In this document: in pieces, positions 37,787 to 50,179 of the stretch
Numbering within the stretch: the stretch's first letter is position 1
Layout of the letters: each line of letters opens with the position of its first letter
Assembly (NCBI GenBank): GCA_977862235.1
Contig: OZ374565.1
Location: 434,001 to 498,000, forward strand
Length of the DNA stretch: 64,000 nucleotides
Source: Dudresnaya verticillata
Lineage: Eukaryota
Reading direction: 5' to 3'
The notes under the pieces: generated by a model
The model's database searches: none
The model's input: the letters and a program-made list of their open reading frames with translations, nothing else
What the model was told of the DNA's origin: nothing
Made by a program: the position numbers and the translations under genes

Positions 37787-38792
37787 CCCTAATCCGGAAA
37801 TACCGCTGGAAGCGAATGGACGGACGATCGAGACCGCGTGTTCGACCTACGATCGCCAAAGGCGCGGAAGCGCAACCCATAGCCTGTGGACGCGGTCGCC
37901 AGAGCGACAGCGCCAAACACGTGTGCACACCATGGACGAACGCGGACGCAAGTCGTTGCGTCATAGACAGCCTCTCGCACGCCACCTCGCAGCAGCCCCA
38001 ATACGGAACCTCTGGATGGGTGCGCTGTTGACAGTGGATCCAGATCGCAAATCGAGATCCACCACCGGCGCCCCTCAGGTAATAGGAGGCAGTAGTTGGT
38101 CAAATTTTAATTTCCAAACACGGCAGCGCGCACCACCCCGCCGTCAACGCACGACGAACGCAATCATGCCAAGTGGCTGATCAGGTGCTACGAGCCCCAG
38201 CGACGACAGGCTCAAGTGGCAGCGCACAACAACCGTCTCCGACGTCGAGACGTGCACTCGCCCCACGGCCAAGTCCCTGGGACCGCCACCCTGCCGGCCA
38301 CGGTCTCGCGCGCAAGCACCCGTCGAACGTCTCCGACGTATCTTGCCGGAGAAGGGGCGCACCGACAAACCCACCCCCGAAGGGGGGGAAGATGGTTGAA
38401 GACGCATTTGCTGTGGGTTCCGTGCACGACGCGCCAACAAATCGCCAACGACTCCACCGCTGCCCGTGGCCGCCGCGGTCGCAGTCGCGCGAGCGCGACC
38501 GACAACTCTACCCTACCCCCAAGAAGGAACGTCGAAGACGAAAGGGGCGGCAACGCTAAGGCGTCAACACCTACCTCACCGCCTTCGCGACCCTCGTTGA
38601 GGACGCCGACAAACCACGCCTAAGGCGCAGTGCGACACATGCATTATAAAAACGCTAAGTAAGCGGAAATACACCAACGCCGCACGTGAAACACGAAGAA
38701 AAACGCTACTACAGTGGACACTACCAGCCAAACACAGCCGCAGCGCAACGCACGGCCAAGGCTAAAGGCATCAAACGCCAACGCTACGGTAG

Positions 38793-40162
38793 CATGCCGC
38801 GCTATATCGTCCTAGACGCTTCCCGGCTGGCGCACACCTGCGCCATCCCAGGATATACCGTCTCAAACGTTTTCCGGATGGCGCACACCCGCGCCATGCC
38901 GCACAATATCGTCACAGACGTTTTCCGGCTGGGCCGCACCCGCGCCATGCCGCGCCATATCGTCAAAGACGCAACCGCACGCATTAGCGTTTTTCATACC
39001 ATCCCTGACGATCACGCCCGCCGATGGCGGTTCACTGCACGCCGCGCCGAACGTAAGAGCCCCCGACGCATGACTGGTGCGCTCCGCCTTACAGACGAAT
39101 GGCCTGTGCACAAGGAAATCAAGCGCTAATTGGTGCGCTTCAGCTTACACCCAAATTGGATGGTGATTGGTGCGCTTCGCCCCGCGCGCAAATTGGACAC
39201 TCATTGGTGCGCTTGAGCTTACAGGCACGTGACCTGTGCGCCAGGAAATTGAACGCCCATTGGTGCGCTTCGCCTTACACCCAAATTGCGCGCTCATTGG
39301 TGCGCTTCGCGCTGCACGCAAATTGGACGTTGATTGGTGCGCTTGGGCTTACAGGCACGTGACCTGCGCACACCCAAATTGAGCGCTCATTGGTGCGCTT
39401 CACGCCGCACGCAAATTGAACGCTGATTGGTGCGCTTCTGCATGCCGTCAAAATTTATCGTTTATTTATGCGCGTGGACGCCCGGCTACTGCGCAGCGCT
39501 GGTAGCCGCCCTACACGGGGATAACCGTCTTGGACGTTCTACCACCGGTGACCTCGGAGCCCTGGGCACACCGCTACTAGTGAATTGCTCAAGTCGTCTT
39601 ATGACGGGAAACTCGGCAACGCCGCACGTCCTTGAGGGGAATGGAAGTGACATAACCACGGCACGGCCGGTAATAATACGTTCCTCACGAATTTGCTTCG
39701 CGTGTTCGCGTTTTGGAAGGGGGCCATATGGTGCAAATTATCCAACGCCGCTGGCGCTCTGTACCGTCCTAGACGGATAGCTCCCGTCTTTGACGTTTCT
39801 ACCGCCTTTGGCGACTGGGATTGAGCTCGAGGCGCGAACCCGCTCGTGATCCCTGTTTCCGCCGATGGCGCTAGTCATTCGACTTTGTCGGGCAACTTGG
39901 TCAAGAACCAGACCTCCCGCTCACAGCGGATAGTGACGGCAATGTCGGGTTGAGAGAACGCGTGAGGTGTAGTTACTGGGTCACGCTGCTGCGACCCGTG
40001 GCATACTTGCACACGTGGCACGTGTCACAGGGCAGCGGAGGACAATGGGACCAAGAGTCTGTAAGCGCGGTGCGTGAACACGTGTAGGTGTAAGCATTAG
40101 CGCGGCGCGCGCGGTGGCGTGGGCAAACGTGTCAGGCGCGGCTGCATTCCGAGGGCGCTTGT
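38793..40162 (-). repeat. Long inverted repeat X, right arm
   Basis: Reverse complement of 31811-33182. Confidence 0.97.
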
Positions 40163-40709
40163 CACACGCACGACGGAACGACACGTGTCCTGAGTTCCCG
40201 CGCGCCGCAGCGCCACCGCCGTCGCCCACGCAGCAGTAGTAATACTTAGGTAACCCGTCTAGGACGTCCCAGTAAACCCCGGCAAGCCGGTATGCCTTCA
40301 CACTTCGCCCCTTCGCTCGTTAGCGTCACTGCCGCTACCGACGTTGGCTACGCGTTGCGACGATCGCGCTTCCGCGTCAATGTCCGTCTTTGACGTGTAT
40401 CCCCTTTTGTTTTCCCCCTTTATGGCCTTGGTAGCCGAATGCCCCTTCCCGCTAGTGTGTGCGTCGCCACCGCTTCCGTTAGGCAAAGCGTCGGTACCAC
40501 CGTCCCTCCACGTGCAACACCGTCGTTGACGTGTTTCCATTTCCGTCTTGTCTCGTTTCTTTGGTTTCGATCTACCTACCGCCCAGGGAGTTTACAGTCC
40601 GCCTTGTGGCGTTGTCCATGCTCTACCACCCCTACCGTCTCTGACGTGCTACCCGCCGGGTCTCGAACTGCCCGGGCATGTTTTTCCGTCCTAGACGTTT
40701 TGCACCACA
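40163..40709 (+). repeat. 3' half of a diverged H-family LTR, direct orientation
   Basis: Resembles 31203-31606 (GACACG.GTCCTGAG...GGTAA.CCGTCT..GACG...AGTAAA) and ends GACGTTTTGCACCACA. Confidence 0.82.
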
Positions 40710-41144
40710 TCTGACACGTCGTCGTCGCCATGCAGCCGCGCGCGCGGGAGCTCAGGAGTAGCTTACAGGCGCATGCGTGTAGCATTGTGGGTGATCCGGA
40801 TTCGGATCCAGATCCCTACCAGCATTGCTGGCGCGCGGCCATTACAGGCGCGCTCCTTACATCACTGTGGATCCCGATGCCGGATCCCGATGTCCCATCC
40901 GGATCCGATCCGGATCCGGGCCAGGGTTACAGGCGTGCGCCTTGCGCCTGGCCGATCCGGATCGTGCATCTGGATCTGGCCGTACAGTGGGCGCGTGCGC
41001 CGCGCCGGGTAACGGCGGCCGTATGCCCGTGGGCCAACCGTCCATGACGTGTTCGCTCGCCAACGGCGGTCGACGTGCCGTCAGTAGACGTTGGTATATA
41101 ATACGCTCACAGAGAAAAAGGGGCAGCCCTCCCCTTGCACTACA
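40710..41144 (-). repeat. Inverted copy of the 5' half of LTR H (30768-31202)
   Basis: Reverse complement matches with about 8 substitutions in 435 bp. Confidence 0.96.
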
Positions 41145-41149
41145 AGCAC

Positions 41150-43838
41150 GTGTTTCGCCTCCCTGGATTTCGTGTCGGGTTATTGGCAGCTTCCACCGCA
41201 TCCCGATTCCTACACCGCGTGTGGCGTCATCACACCGCGCGGGGTAATGATATCAAAACGCGTGTTGGATGATCTGGCGAACGCCCTGGCTTTTTCCAGA
41301 GCTCGGTCGAGCCTCTATTCGCCAGCCTGCGTGATTTTCTGAAGGCATGGCTGGACGATTTCAGCCTTCACGCCCCATCCCAGGAGATTCTTTTGGACAA
41401 TCTCGAGATTTTTCTCTGCATTTGTAAGGAGAAGAGATTGTGGCTTTCCGCACGGAAATGCAAACTCTTTCGCAAGAAACTTCGCTGGTACGGTCGCATT
41501 GTGTCTGGAGAAGGGTACACACTCGACCCCACACGTCTTTCGGGTTTGCAAGAAATGGGAACCCCGAAGACTGCGGAAGAACTTGCGCAGTTCATCTACT
41601 GCTATCGCTGGATGTCGCTCGCCATCCCCGACTTCGCGCGCCGCATCGCGCCGCTCAACAACATCTGGGAAGAGGCGTACGCCAAATCTGGAAGCGTACG
41701 AAGAGATCTATCCGCACGATCGCGCTCAGTAACCTGTCTTGGGGGTCCCCGCATGAGAAGGCCTTTCTCGATCTTCAAGACAGCCTACGGACCGCTGTCA
41801 CCCTCTCTTATCCGGATCCGGACAAAGCTATTTGCGTATTCACCGATGCGTCCGAACGGTTCTGGTCTGTCGTTGCCACGCAGTGCGACGAATTAGATCT
41901 GAAGAAGCCGGTCGGCGAACAGAAGCATGAACCCCTCGCATTTTTGGGTTCCCAGTTTACAGGCGCATCGTTGAACTGGTATACCTTCGAGAAAGAAGGA
42001 TTCGCGGTGTTCCAGACCTTTGAGAAACTCGACTACATGCTGCTTGGTCACGCGCGTACTCACGCGTTCACGGATCATCGAAATCTAATGTTCGTGTTCG
42101 CACCTCTTGCGCTGGAACCAGCTCTTGGAAGGCACATTGTCTCAAAAGTTCAACGTTGGGCTCTGTACTTGTCCAAGTTCAGCTACGTCATTGAGCACAT
42201 CAAGGGAGAAGAAAATGTGTTTGCAGATATTCTTACTCGCTGGGTCAAGGGCTACCGCAACGAGAAGTCAATGCTATGCAGCGTTATACTCGGAGAAGCT
42301 GAACAGCTCATCCCTGCCGCCGACGCAATTGTCTGGCCGGATATCGAAGTGATTCGCGACTCACAAGCGTCTCACACACGCACTGAAGGAGTACTCCTTG
42401 ACGAGGATGACAGATTGTGGAAGAAAAGAAATCTCTTCTAGATTCCGAAGGAGGACCTCGAACTCAAGCTCACAGTAATTGTGTGTTCACACTGTGGTAC
42501 AATCGGACACCGAGGTATGGATGCAACCAAGAGCATCATACTCGAGAACTTTTGGTGGGAGACCAAGAAGGAGGATGTCGACGAGTTGGTTCGCGGATGC
42601 CTACACTGCATCGTAACTCGTACGGGGGAGATCGTCCCGAGACCGCTCGGACACGCTCTGCACGGCGAACGCCCTAATGAAGTTGTCCACGCCGATTTCC
42701 TTTCCATGGGTCAAGGTGTGGACGAGAAGAAATACGTCCTCATCATACGGGACGACTTGTCCTCGTAAATCTGGCTTTGGCCAACAGACGAGGCGGACGC
42801 CAACGCTGCCGCTGCTGTCCTGAACTCCTGGGTTGGCAGCTTTAGTTCTATGGATTGGCTGGTCAGCGATCAGGGCTCCCATTTCAAGAACAAACTACGC
42901 AAGGAGATGGTGGAAGAACTGCGTTCGCAACATCATTTCACCACGGCTTATTCTCCGTGGGCGAACGGTTCCGTCGAGAGAGTTTGCCGCGAAGTCCTTC
43001 GTGCGTGCCGCGCGCTGCTCAGCGAATGGAAGCTATCGCCGAAGGATTGGCCTACAGTAACCGAGTAGAACATCATCAATCAAGCTCCGCTTCGGAAGCT
43101 CGGCTTCGCGACGTGGAAGTGCCAGGTGTACACCGCACTCCGCTCGAGGTCTTCACAGGACATCGACCTGTGCGTCCTCTACTGAGAGCCTTACCGAAGA
43201 ACAAGTACCGGTCGGCCAAAACAATCGAAGAGCTACGCGCACGCGCGCTTCTAAACATTGATCAACTCCAGGATGCGTTGTTCAACGTTCATCGAGATGT
43301 GAAAGAGATCTCAAGTGCTGCGCGGAAGAGAAAGGTTGACCAACACAACAAGCGCACGAACGTTCACCGCGCTAACTTCATCGAAGGCGACTTTGTCCTC
43401 GTTCATCGCGCTCAGCCCGGTGGACACATGCTGAAATTGGTTTGGCGAGGACCTCGCCGCGTCACACAAGTCCGTTCGGAATGGGTCTTCGAGATACAGA
43501 ACCTCATAACGGACAAAAGGGAAGTGGTGCACGCGCGCCGCTTACACCTTTACCGCTCGGATATGGATTGCAAGGAAGTCCTTCCTGCACTGCTTAAAGC
43601 TGCGGAGCACTCCGAGACAAGCTACCAGATTGCCGAACAAATACGCGGCATCAGCGAAGTTGATGGGAACTCCAGATTCACTTGGAGTGGAGTGGGCTCC
43701 CCGATGAGGTCGACTGGACCTGGGAAACCTTTCGCCAAGTCTTCGAGGACATGCCTGGACTGCTCGAAGATTTTCTCCACACTGCCGGGACCCGCAGTCT
43801 CAAACGACGCGCGCTCGCGCAATGCAATTTCTCGTAAC
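41150..43838 (+). pseudogene. pol 3' part of element A: RT, RNase H, integrase, chromodomain
   Basis: RT KAWLDDFS; RNase H FTDASE, EKEGFAV, FTDHRNL, VQRWAL, NVFADILTR; integrase HCGTIGH..CLHC, VSDQGSHF, NGSVER; chromodomain-like LEWSGLPDEVDWTWE. Stops and frameshifts present. Confidence 0.93.
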
Positions 43839-43878
43839 CAAGCTTCTTTGTTCACGCTGAACAGAAGCTTGGGGGCAC

Positions 43879-44488
43879 TGTTACACATAGCGCTCGCACT
43901 GTTTGGGAGCACTCCCTACAATGGGATCCCAAAGCGCACACGCGACGCTGCAGGGTAATTCCCTAGAATGGGAGCCTGCTGGGGAACGCACTGCTGAACA
44001 ATGGCAGACCCCACGGCCGATCATGGCTATCGCGCACAGACCTGGTGAACCTGCACAAGGCAGAACTGCCGGTCTGACAAGGCGAATTTGCGTCCCTTCG
44101 GACAACCCTCTACATCTTATTGGCTAACTCTCAGGGTCCCCTAACAACAGGATTCAGACCTGAATGACTTTCCGTCCGTCCCCGACCCTCTGTGGGACGG
44201 CGGGTGTGAACACATCCACCTGTTCAGGTCTATCTGACTTGGAGCGGATCCCGCGAGCATGCGGGCCACAAATACTGTGGGTCGCTTTGAGCCGTCCGGC
44301 TGTAGAAATAATAAAGGCAGCACGCTGGCGTCGAACGACGACGACGAGGGACAACACACCACTCCTCATCCACGCCGTGACTTTGCCTTCCACTTTGCCA
44401 ACCCCAACTTTCTCTCTACCGACCTTTTACTTTTCCTTTTCGCGTTCGCGATCTACTGCTTCGAAGGCAAAAGCGGTTACGCGTCACA
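43879..44488 (+). repeat. 3' LTR of element A
   Basis: Direct repeat of 27240-27849. Confidence 0.96.
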
Positions 44489-45946
44489 AGAGCAATGAGG
44501 AAGCGATGATTCTTTTTAATGAATGTGTACGGTGGTCTTATGCGTGGGGCTGTTCCCGACAGGCAAGCATACCGGTGGGGTTTGGGTCTATCCTATGGAA
44601 GGGTTTGAGTTATGTGAGAACCTAAAGGGTTTTTTGGGGGACCCGAAAGGGTAAAATCGTGCCTGCAGGCGTCTCGGATGGACGAGATTGCACCGACGAT
44701 GGCGCAGAGATTACATGCGCCAAGTGATGGTAGCGAAAGGGCTTTCAGAGACTGGGCCAGGAGTTGGGCTTCTTCGTCGAAAAATGGGTACCGAGGCGGG
44801 ATGAGGAACGTCCAGACGTGCCACTGATTTCCGCTTTCCTCCTCTGCGGTTCGACAACTTCAAGACAGGTGCTAACCGGTTTGCAGAGTACACAGGGCCA
44901 GGGAATCGCCCAGATAATTCCGCAAACCATTCTTGTAGCAGCGCTTCGCGCAATTCCCTCTGCGCTCCTGTGTGTCGGGGTGCTTGGCACCAAAAACACG
45001 TTGTGTAGTCTTAACAGCAAGTGTTATTTGAGCAAGCCGGGAGATCAGAAGTTTTGCTACGTCAACAAGGTTTCGTAACCCGCGCGCATCATAGTGCCCT
45101 AAAACGTATGCTGAGCGTTAGAAAAGGATGTCCGATGCGGAAGAGGTCCCTGAGATCCTGCTAACGTGTGGCAGTGGTAACAAAATTGCCGTCAGGAACG
45201 CAAAAGCTGCTCTAGAAGTCACTCAGAGGGACACAGGTGTAGAGAAACCTCGGGGTAGAGGACAGGAGTCCGTCTACAGTACGTTTAATGTGGTGAAGTG
45301 GGGTCGGCTGCGTACGAGCGCAGATGAAGTGCCTAGATACGCAGGGTAGTGTGCAATCGCAAGCGTAGGTTCAGATGCCGCAGGTCTTCACTTAGGCTGA
45401 AATGTATAGGACTATTGCCGATTGGCATCACAACACTTTACGTATGTGTACAGACGGACCTACGCTGTATAGCGACTAACTTACCCAAGAGCCGGCAGCT
45501 CACACTGTTGCTCAGTCAGCAGTGGCTGCGACGCTTCCCCGGCTCGGGTTCACGGAGAGCGCCTCTGGGTGGCGCTTCGGCCAAAAGACACAGCCAATCA
45601 TGGCGGTTTACACTTACGGTGCCGTCACGAAACGCAAACCGCGAAGCTCCGCACCAATTACAAAGCGGAGCGCCGCTTAACATTAATTTTGTGCACTCTA
45701 CAGTACGCACTGTACTCTAATTTATGGGAAAATTCCCCCGGTCAAGGACACGCGATGGACTCCGCGATAAGTTAGAGCGAGGATGGTATGCCGCGGCACG
45801 GAGGGGAAGGGTATTCGGTCAATGCAAAGTTTACTTAGGCGTTACAACGCGGAAAGGTCCACTAGCTAATCGGGCGCTCCCCCACTCACACCAATCTACT
45901 ATCCCTAGGGAGCGTCCGATGCGAGCACTACAATGAGGAAATGACG

Positions 45947-48277
45947 TCAGTCCGAGTCAGAGTCCATTAGGTCAATGACTTCGTTTGGGCGCAACGGCGG
46001 ATTCGCAACGGGGCCTTGCCCTGGCATCATGGTCACGCGACGGACCTCGCGTACCATGCGACGACCGCGGCCGCGCCGAGCTCCGACTCCCCGCGCCGTA
46101 ACTTCACCACCCGCCTCGCTAGGCCCGGCATCTCCATCGCCAGACGGCGCGTCACCCTCCTGGACACCCATGTCCTCTTCCTAGAGCTCCTCCTTGAGCA
46201 GCAGCTCCGTCTTGACAATAACCTCTTGCGGCTCAGCCGCCGCCGGGGGAGATTCAACGGCGTTAGCAGGAAGGGTCAGCTCGAGTTGCAAACCATGGCC
46301 AGCGGGCACTTCTGGCACGGGTAGGTTGACCGTTACCTCCATGGGTGAAGAAGTCGGGGCGCTCTCCTCAACGGCTCCTACCGCCAGCTGCGAAGCTGCA
46401 GCGGTTGGAGAATTGGTATGCGGACCCGAGGTAGCGACGGAAGACCCTTCACGCGGAACAGCGGATGTATCGGCAAGCGTGCCCTCGCGCGGATCCGCAC
46501 CCTGTCTACCACCGACTGGTGCCACGGGAGCACCCATACTTGGCAGCGAAACAGCGCGACGGTCTTGATGACCCAAGCCCAAACGGGAACGGCGCTGAAG
46601 TCGCGGGTCTCTTGAAACGGAAGCGGAAGCTGAGGCGCTCGGCGCGCTCGCCGCAGCTGAAGGATCTGCCACAGCGGAACCCAACACACTCGGCGCGCTC
46701 GCCGCAGCCGAAGGGCCTGGAGCCACGGCACTCGTCGGAGCTTCCTGAGCCTGCTCCGACTCCACGACGGTCTGCTGACCGACAGGCGGAAGCGCGGCTA
46801 ACGACGCCTTCAACGCCTCGATGGGCCCCGGTGAGCTCACCCAGTTCGACTCATAGTTGCAAAGGACGTCTTCGACCCAATCCGCGAGACTGTAGAGAGT
46901 CAGATGGGTCACCTCCCAATGGACAGCCAAGCGGATGGCGAGACCTCGACGGTTGAATAAGTCCCGAATGGCGGCATCAGCCCTTGCGACGTTTCGCACT
47001 CTGGGTGCGTACGGACCCTGGGGCTGTCCCGACACAGTAGTGTCCATCGGCGGCACGTCAGCCGGAGTCGCGGGAGCCTCGCCGGAAGCACTATGCCAGT
47101 CTTTGGTGTAACCAGTCATGCGCTCACCGGTGTCAACGAGAAGCGTCTCACCTTCGGCGGGTTGCGGTTGCAGCAGATACTACGGTAGGAGAGGGTGTCA
47201 CTGCACCGGGTCGAAGTCGACCCAATCACCACGGTCGTACACCGGCGTCACAAACCCGGTGTCCTCCGGAAGGTAGCGATTGCGCTTGCTCACACGACTC
47301 CAACGAATGCGTTCGACGAACACGAGGAGCGCCTCCAAATCCGTAGCGTCGACAGCTGTCGTGGTGAGTAGGCCAATTCCAAGTCCCCGGATCTCGGTGC
47401 GCAGACCTGCGTTGATGTAATACAAGTACCCCCGACGGGCTTCATACATGAAGGTCTGCGCCACCATCACCACCCATTCGCTACGGAAGATCATCCACAA
47501 GAGGCCATGATGATAGCTTTCGTGCATCATATCAAGGCCTCTATACGCCACGACTGGGGGTGTGCCGACAGGCATGGAGTAGGAAACTTCGTACTCACGA
47601 TGATCCGTGGGAATAGGGACGTACTTCCCCGTGTAGAACTCGGGCTTGATGGCCACCACTTCTTGGCAGTGCGCCGGCACGAAGCACCCGGTCCGATGAC
47701 GATGACGACGCTCGAAGCGAAGGAGCTCGCGAGACATCACTGTCTGCGGATTGTCCAATGCGTACTTGAAGTTGGACGTCTCGTCCCACCACGTAATGCG
47801 CGCCATCGTGAATGGATAGTTATCCCGACCGGGGCGGATGAGTGGTCGTTCAAAAGCGACCAACTCCAGGCTGTAGCCTCCCTTCGCGTGGAACTCAATC
47901 AGCTCCGGCATGAACTCCATGAAGGCTTGAGAGTGGTGCTCCACGTAACGTTGCTCGAAGAGGAAGCGCACCATCGCGAGGTCCCACTTGTGGTTCGTTG
48001 GCAACGGCGGAAGCGCGATATTGGTCCCTCGCAGGATACCAATTCGCTCACGAATGAGAAACTCCCACGAGCGGGCTTGAGCGCGATGACGGCCATAACG
48101 GCGGATATCTTCACGACGCGCACCGGCGGTGGCCCGAATATGGGTGAGGTCCGTTCGGAGCAGCCAGTCGCGGCTCTTCGTGATAGACAAAGGCACACCT
48201 GCCGCATCAACGCCAAACCCGAGGACAGCCGAGCTAGAGCCCGCCTGCCCATACGGGAGGTTGGGAGTCGTCGCCAT
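45947..48277 (-). pseudogene. Antisense accessory ORF of element B, copy 2
   Basis: As 1786-4116, plus an extra TGG>TGA stop at 47198-47200. Confidence 0.75.
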
Positions 48278-49052
48278 GCGGGCCGAAAAGAGTAGTGAAG
48301 CGGAGCGCCGCGCGGATGAGATCTTCTACTTGAGTTCTTCTCCCTGAAGCTTGAAAACTTGAAGGTCTTCTGCCTGAGGTCTTCTACCTGAAAGCTTGAG
48401 CCTGAGACTTGATGGTCTTCTCCCTGAGATTCTTGAAGGTGTAGCAACACCGGCACAACCGGCCGCGCCAACAAGGCGATGAGAAGCGACGGCGAAGCGC
48501 GCAGTCGCGTGAGCACCGCTCCGAAGCAGCTCGCGGAAGCGCCGCTGCGTACGACGCCGTGCAGGGAAGGGCGAGCGCGATTCGCGTTATGAAAGGAAAG
48601 ACGCGCACGCCGCGTGGGAGTAATGAAGGATGAAGGCCGGAGGGCGACAAAGGAGGAGAGAGAAGGAAGCCGATGGCGCAGCGCAGCTGGGAACGTTGAA
48701 GAGCGTTGAGTTGCTGCGGGCTGTTGATGCCGAGACGTGAGAAGTCGCAATCGGGTTGCAACCCTTTGCTTATATAGCCGCGCCGCCGCGCCAAAATTGG
48801 CTCACGCAAACTCGTGAGCCGCAATGCTCACGAGTCGCCGACGTCGAGACGGGCGTGCCCGCACACTGAGGTGATGGCCCGCGATGACACGCATGTAACC
48901 CGGGCCTGCACGGCCGCTGGCCCGACTTAATTCCCCACCGGGCGCGATACATAGACAGACGTTGGGCGCTCAACCGCTCAGGAAGGAGATTTAAGATTCA
49001 GAAACCGCCAATCATAGCCTCGCGGGCCGCTTCGGTCTTCAGAGGGGGGCTG

Positions 49053-49853
49053 TGTGGCAGTATGGACGCTGTCAGCAGAAGGGCTTACAGAAGCGCACTT
49101 CTTTTCGCGGGACAGACTGTCCCTTAATCAGGACAGCTGTCCTTTCATCGCTGTACACGTGGATGACACTTGGGATACACGTGTGTACACGTGGACTTAC
49201 AGCTGCACACGTGGCATACACGTGGCCTTGTAATGACGCCAGTTGGGCGTCTCGTATTGGCTGATTTATGACGCGCCGCTGCGCTCCTACTCACGGACGA
49301 GGAGCACCTCTGCGCTCAGGGTATCGACAGTGCAGCCGGGACCTCGGCTTGCGCACCGGCGCATCCGCCACCAAGTCCCCTAACTGGAATGCATTCCCAC
49401 TTTTGACTTGTACTGACTGTACTAATCTTTGTATCTATAATCGTAGACTAACTTATACCCCCTTTTGGGCTGATAGAGTTTTCGGCTGTCAAGCCCTACT
49501 TATGGGCGCCGGAATAGCCGGCGCCCTCAGAATAAACACTCAGCGGAGTTGTCCGGGAAGTTTCCATCTTTTGGTCGCTCGGACGCTCCGCGCCTGCAGG
49601 GGTCGCCCAGTACAGGCCCGGACATCGTACGACAAGTACTCTACGAAACACCGGGTCGCAACCTCTATACTTTCCTTCAGTCGGTCGCGCCGAGTCTTTA
49701 CCTTGCTTCCGCACCCCCCCTTTCGGGTCATCAGGGCCCGCCTTTTCCAAGCCTCTACCAATCCTCCCTCGAGCTACCACCAATTAGCGTGTGACATCGG
49801 ACAGCTGTCTTTTCTTGTTCTTTGCTGTTTCTGGCCGCTGCCATACTGCTACA
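49053..49853 (+). mobile_element. LTR B, copy 2
   Basis: Duplicate of 4892-5692. Confidence 0.88.
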
Positions 49854-50179
49854 GCTCACACCGCGGAAGGGCAAGGCTAAGGTTGATAAGAACAACAGGT
49901 CCAAAGACGGTCAGAAAGGCAGTGCTACCGACCGGGGAAACTCCGTAAACAATGCAGGGAAGGACCGGGAACGTCCTGCGCCTATTTTTCTAAACGAGGT
50001 CTGTGCGAAGAAGTGGAAGCTCCATCCTGGAGGGGTTCGTAATTGCCCGTTCACCGACCCTGAGAAGGCTGAGGCCGTGATCAAGGAACACATTACCCGC
50101 AAGTGAGATAAGGCTGAGGAGGCAAGGCAGGTTCGCTTCGACCAACAAGACATTTATGTGAATACTACGCTAATGGGAG

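Larger units (their letters stand above)
30768..41144. mobile_element. 10.4-kb composite LTR-derived insert (H) with inverted ends
   Basis: Perfect TSD AGCAC (30763-30767 / 41145-41149) and TG...CA ends. The host RT frame DFSGST|CFASLDFVSGYWQ rejoins across it. Confidence 0.93.
27240..44488 (+). mobile_element. Ty3/Gypsy (chromovirus-like) LTR retrotransposon A, degenerate, with two nested insertions
   Basis: Direct 610-bp LTRs flank gag-PR-RT-RNaseH-IN-chromodomain in order. PPT-like AGAAGCTTGGGGGCAC precedes the 3' LTR. Confidence 0.95.

Noticed and set aside
37789..38560. Third antisense accessory ORF downstream of the chromodomain
   Set aside because: Only short ORFs, with none of the motifs shared by the B and F proteins.
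30768..41144. DIRS or Polinton element
   Set aside because: No tyrosine recombinase, DNA polymerase B, capsid or ATPase ORF was seen. It has a Gypsy integrase, a PBS and a 5-bp TSD.
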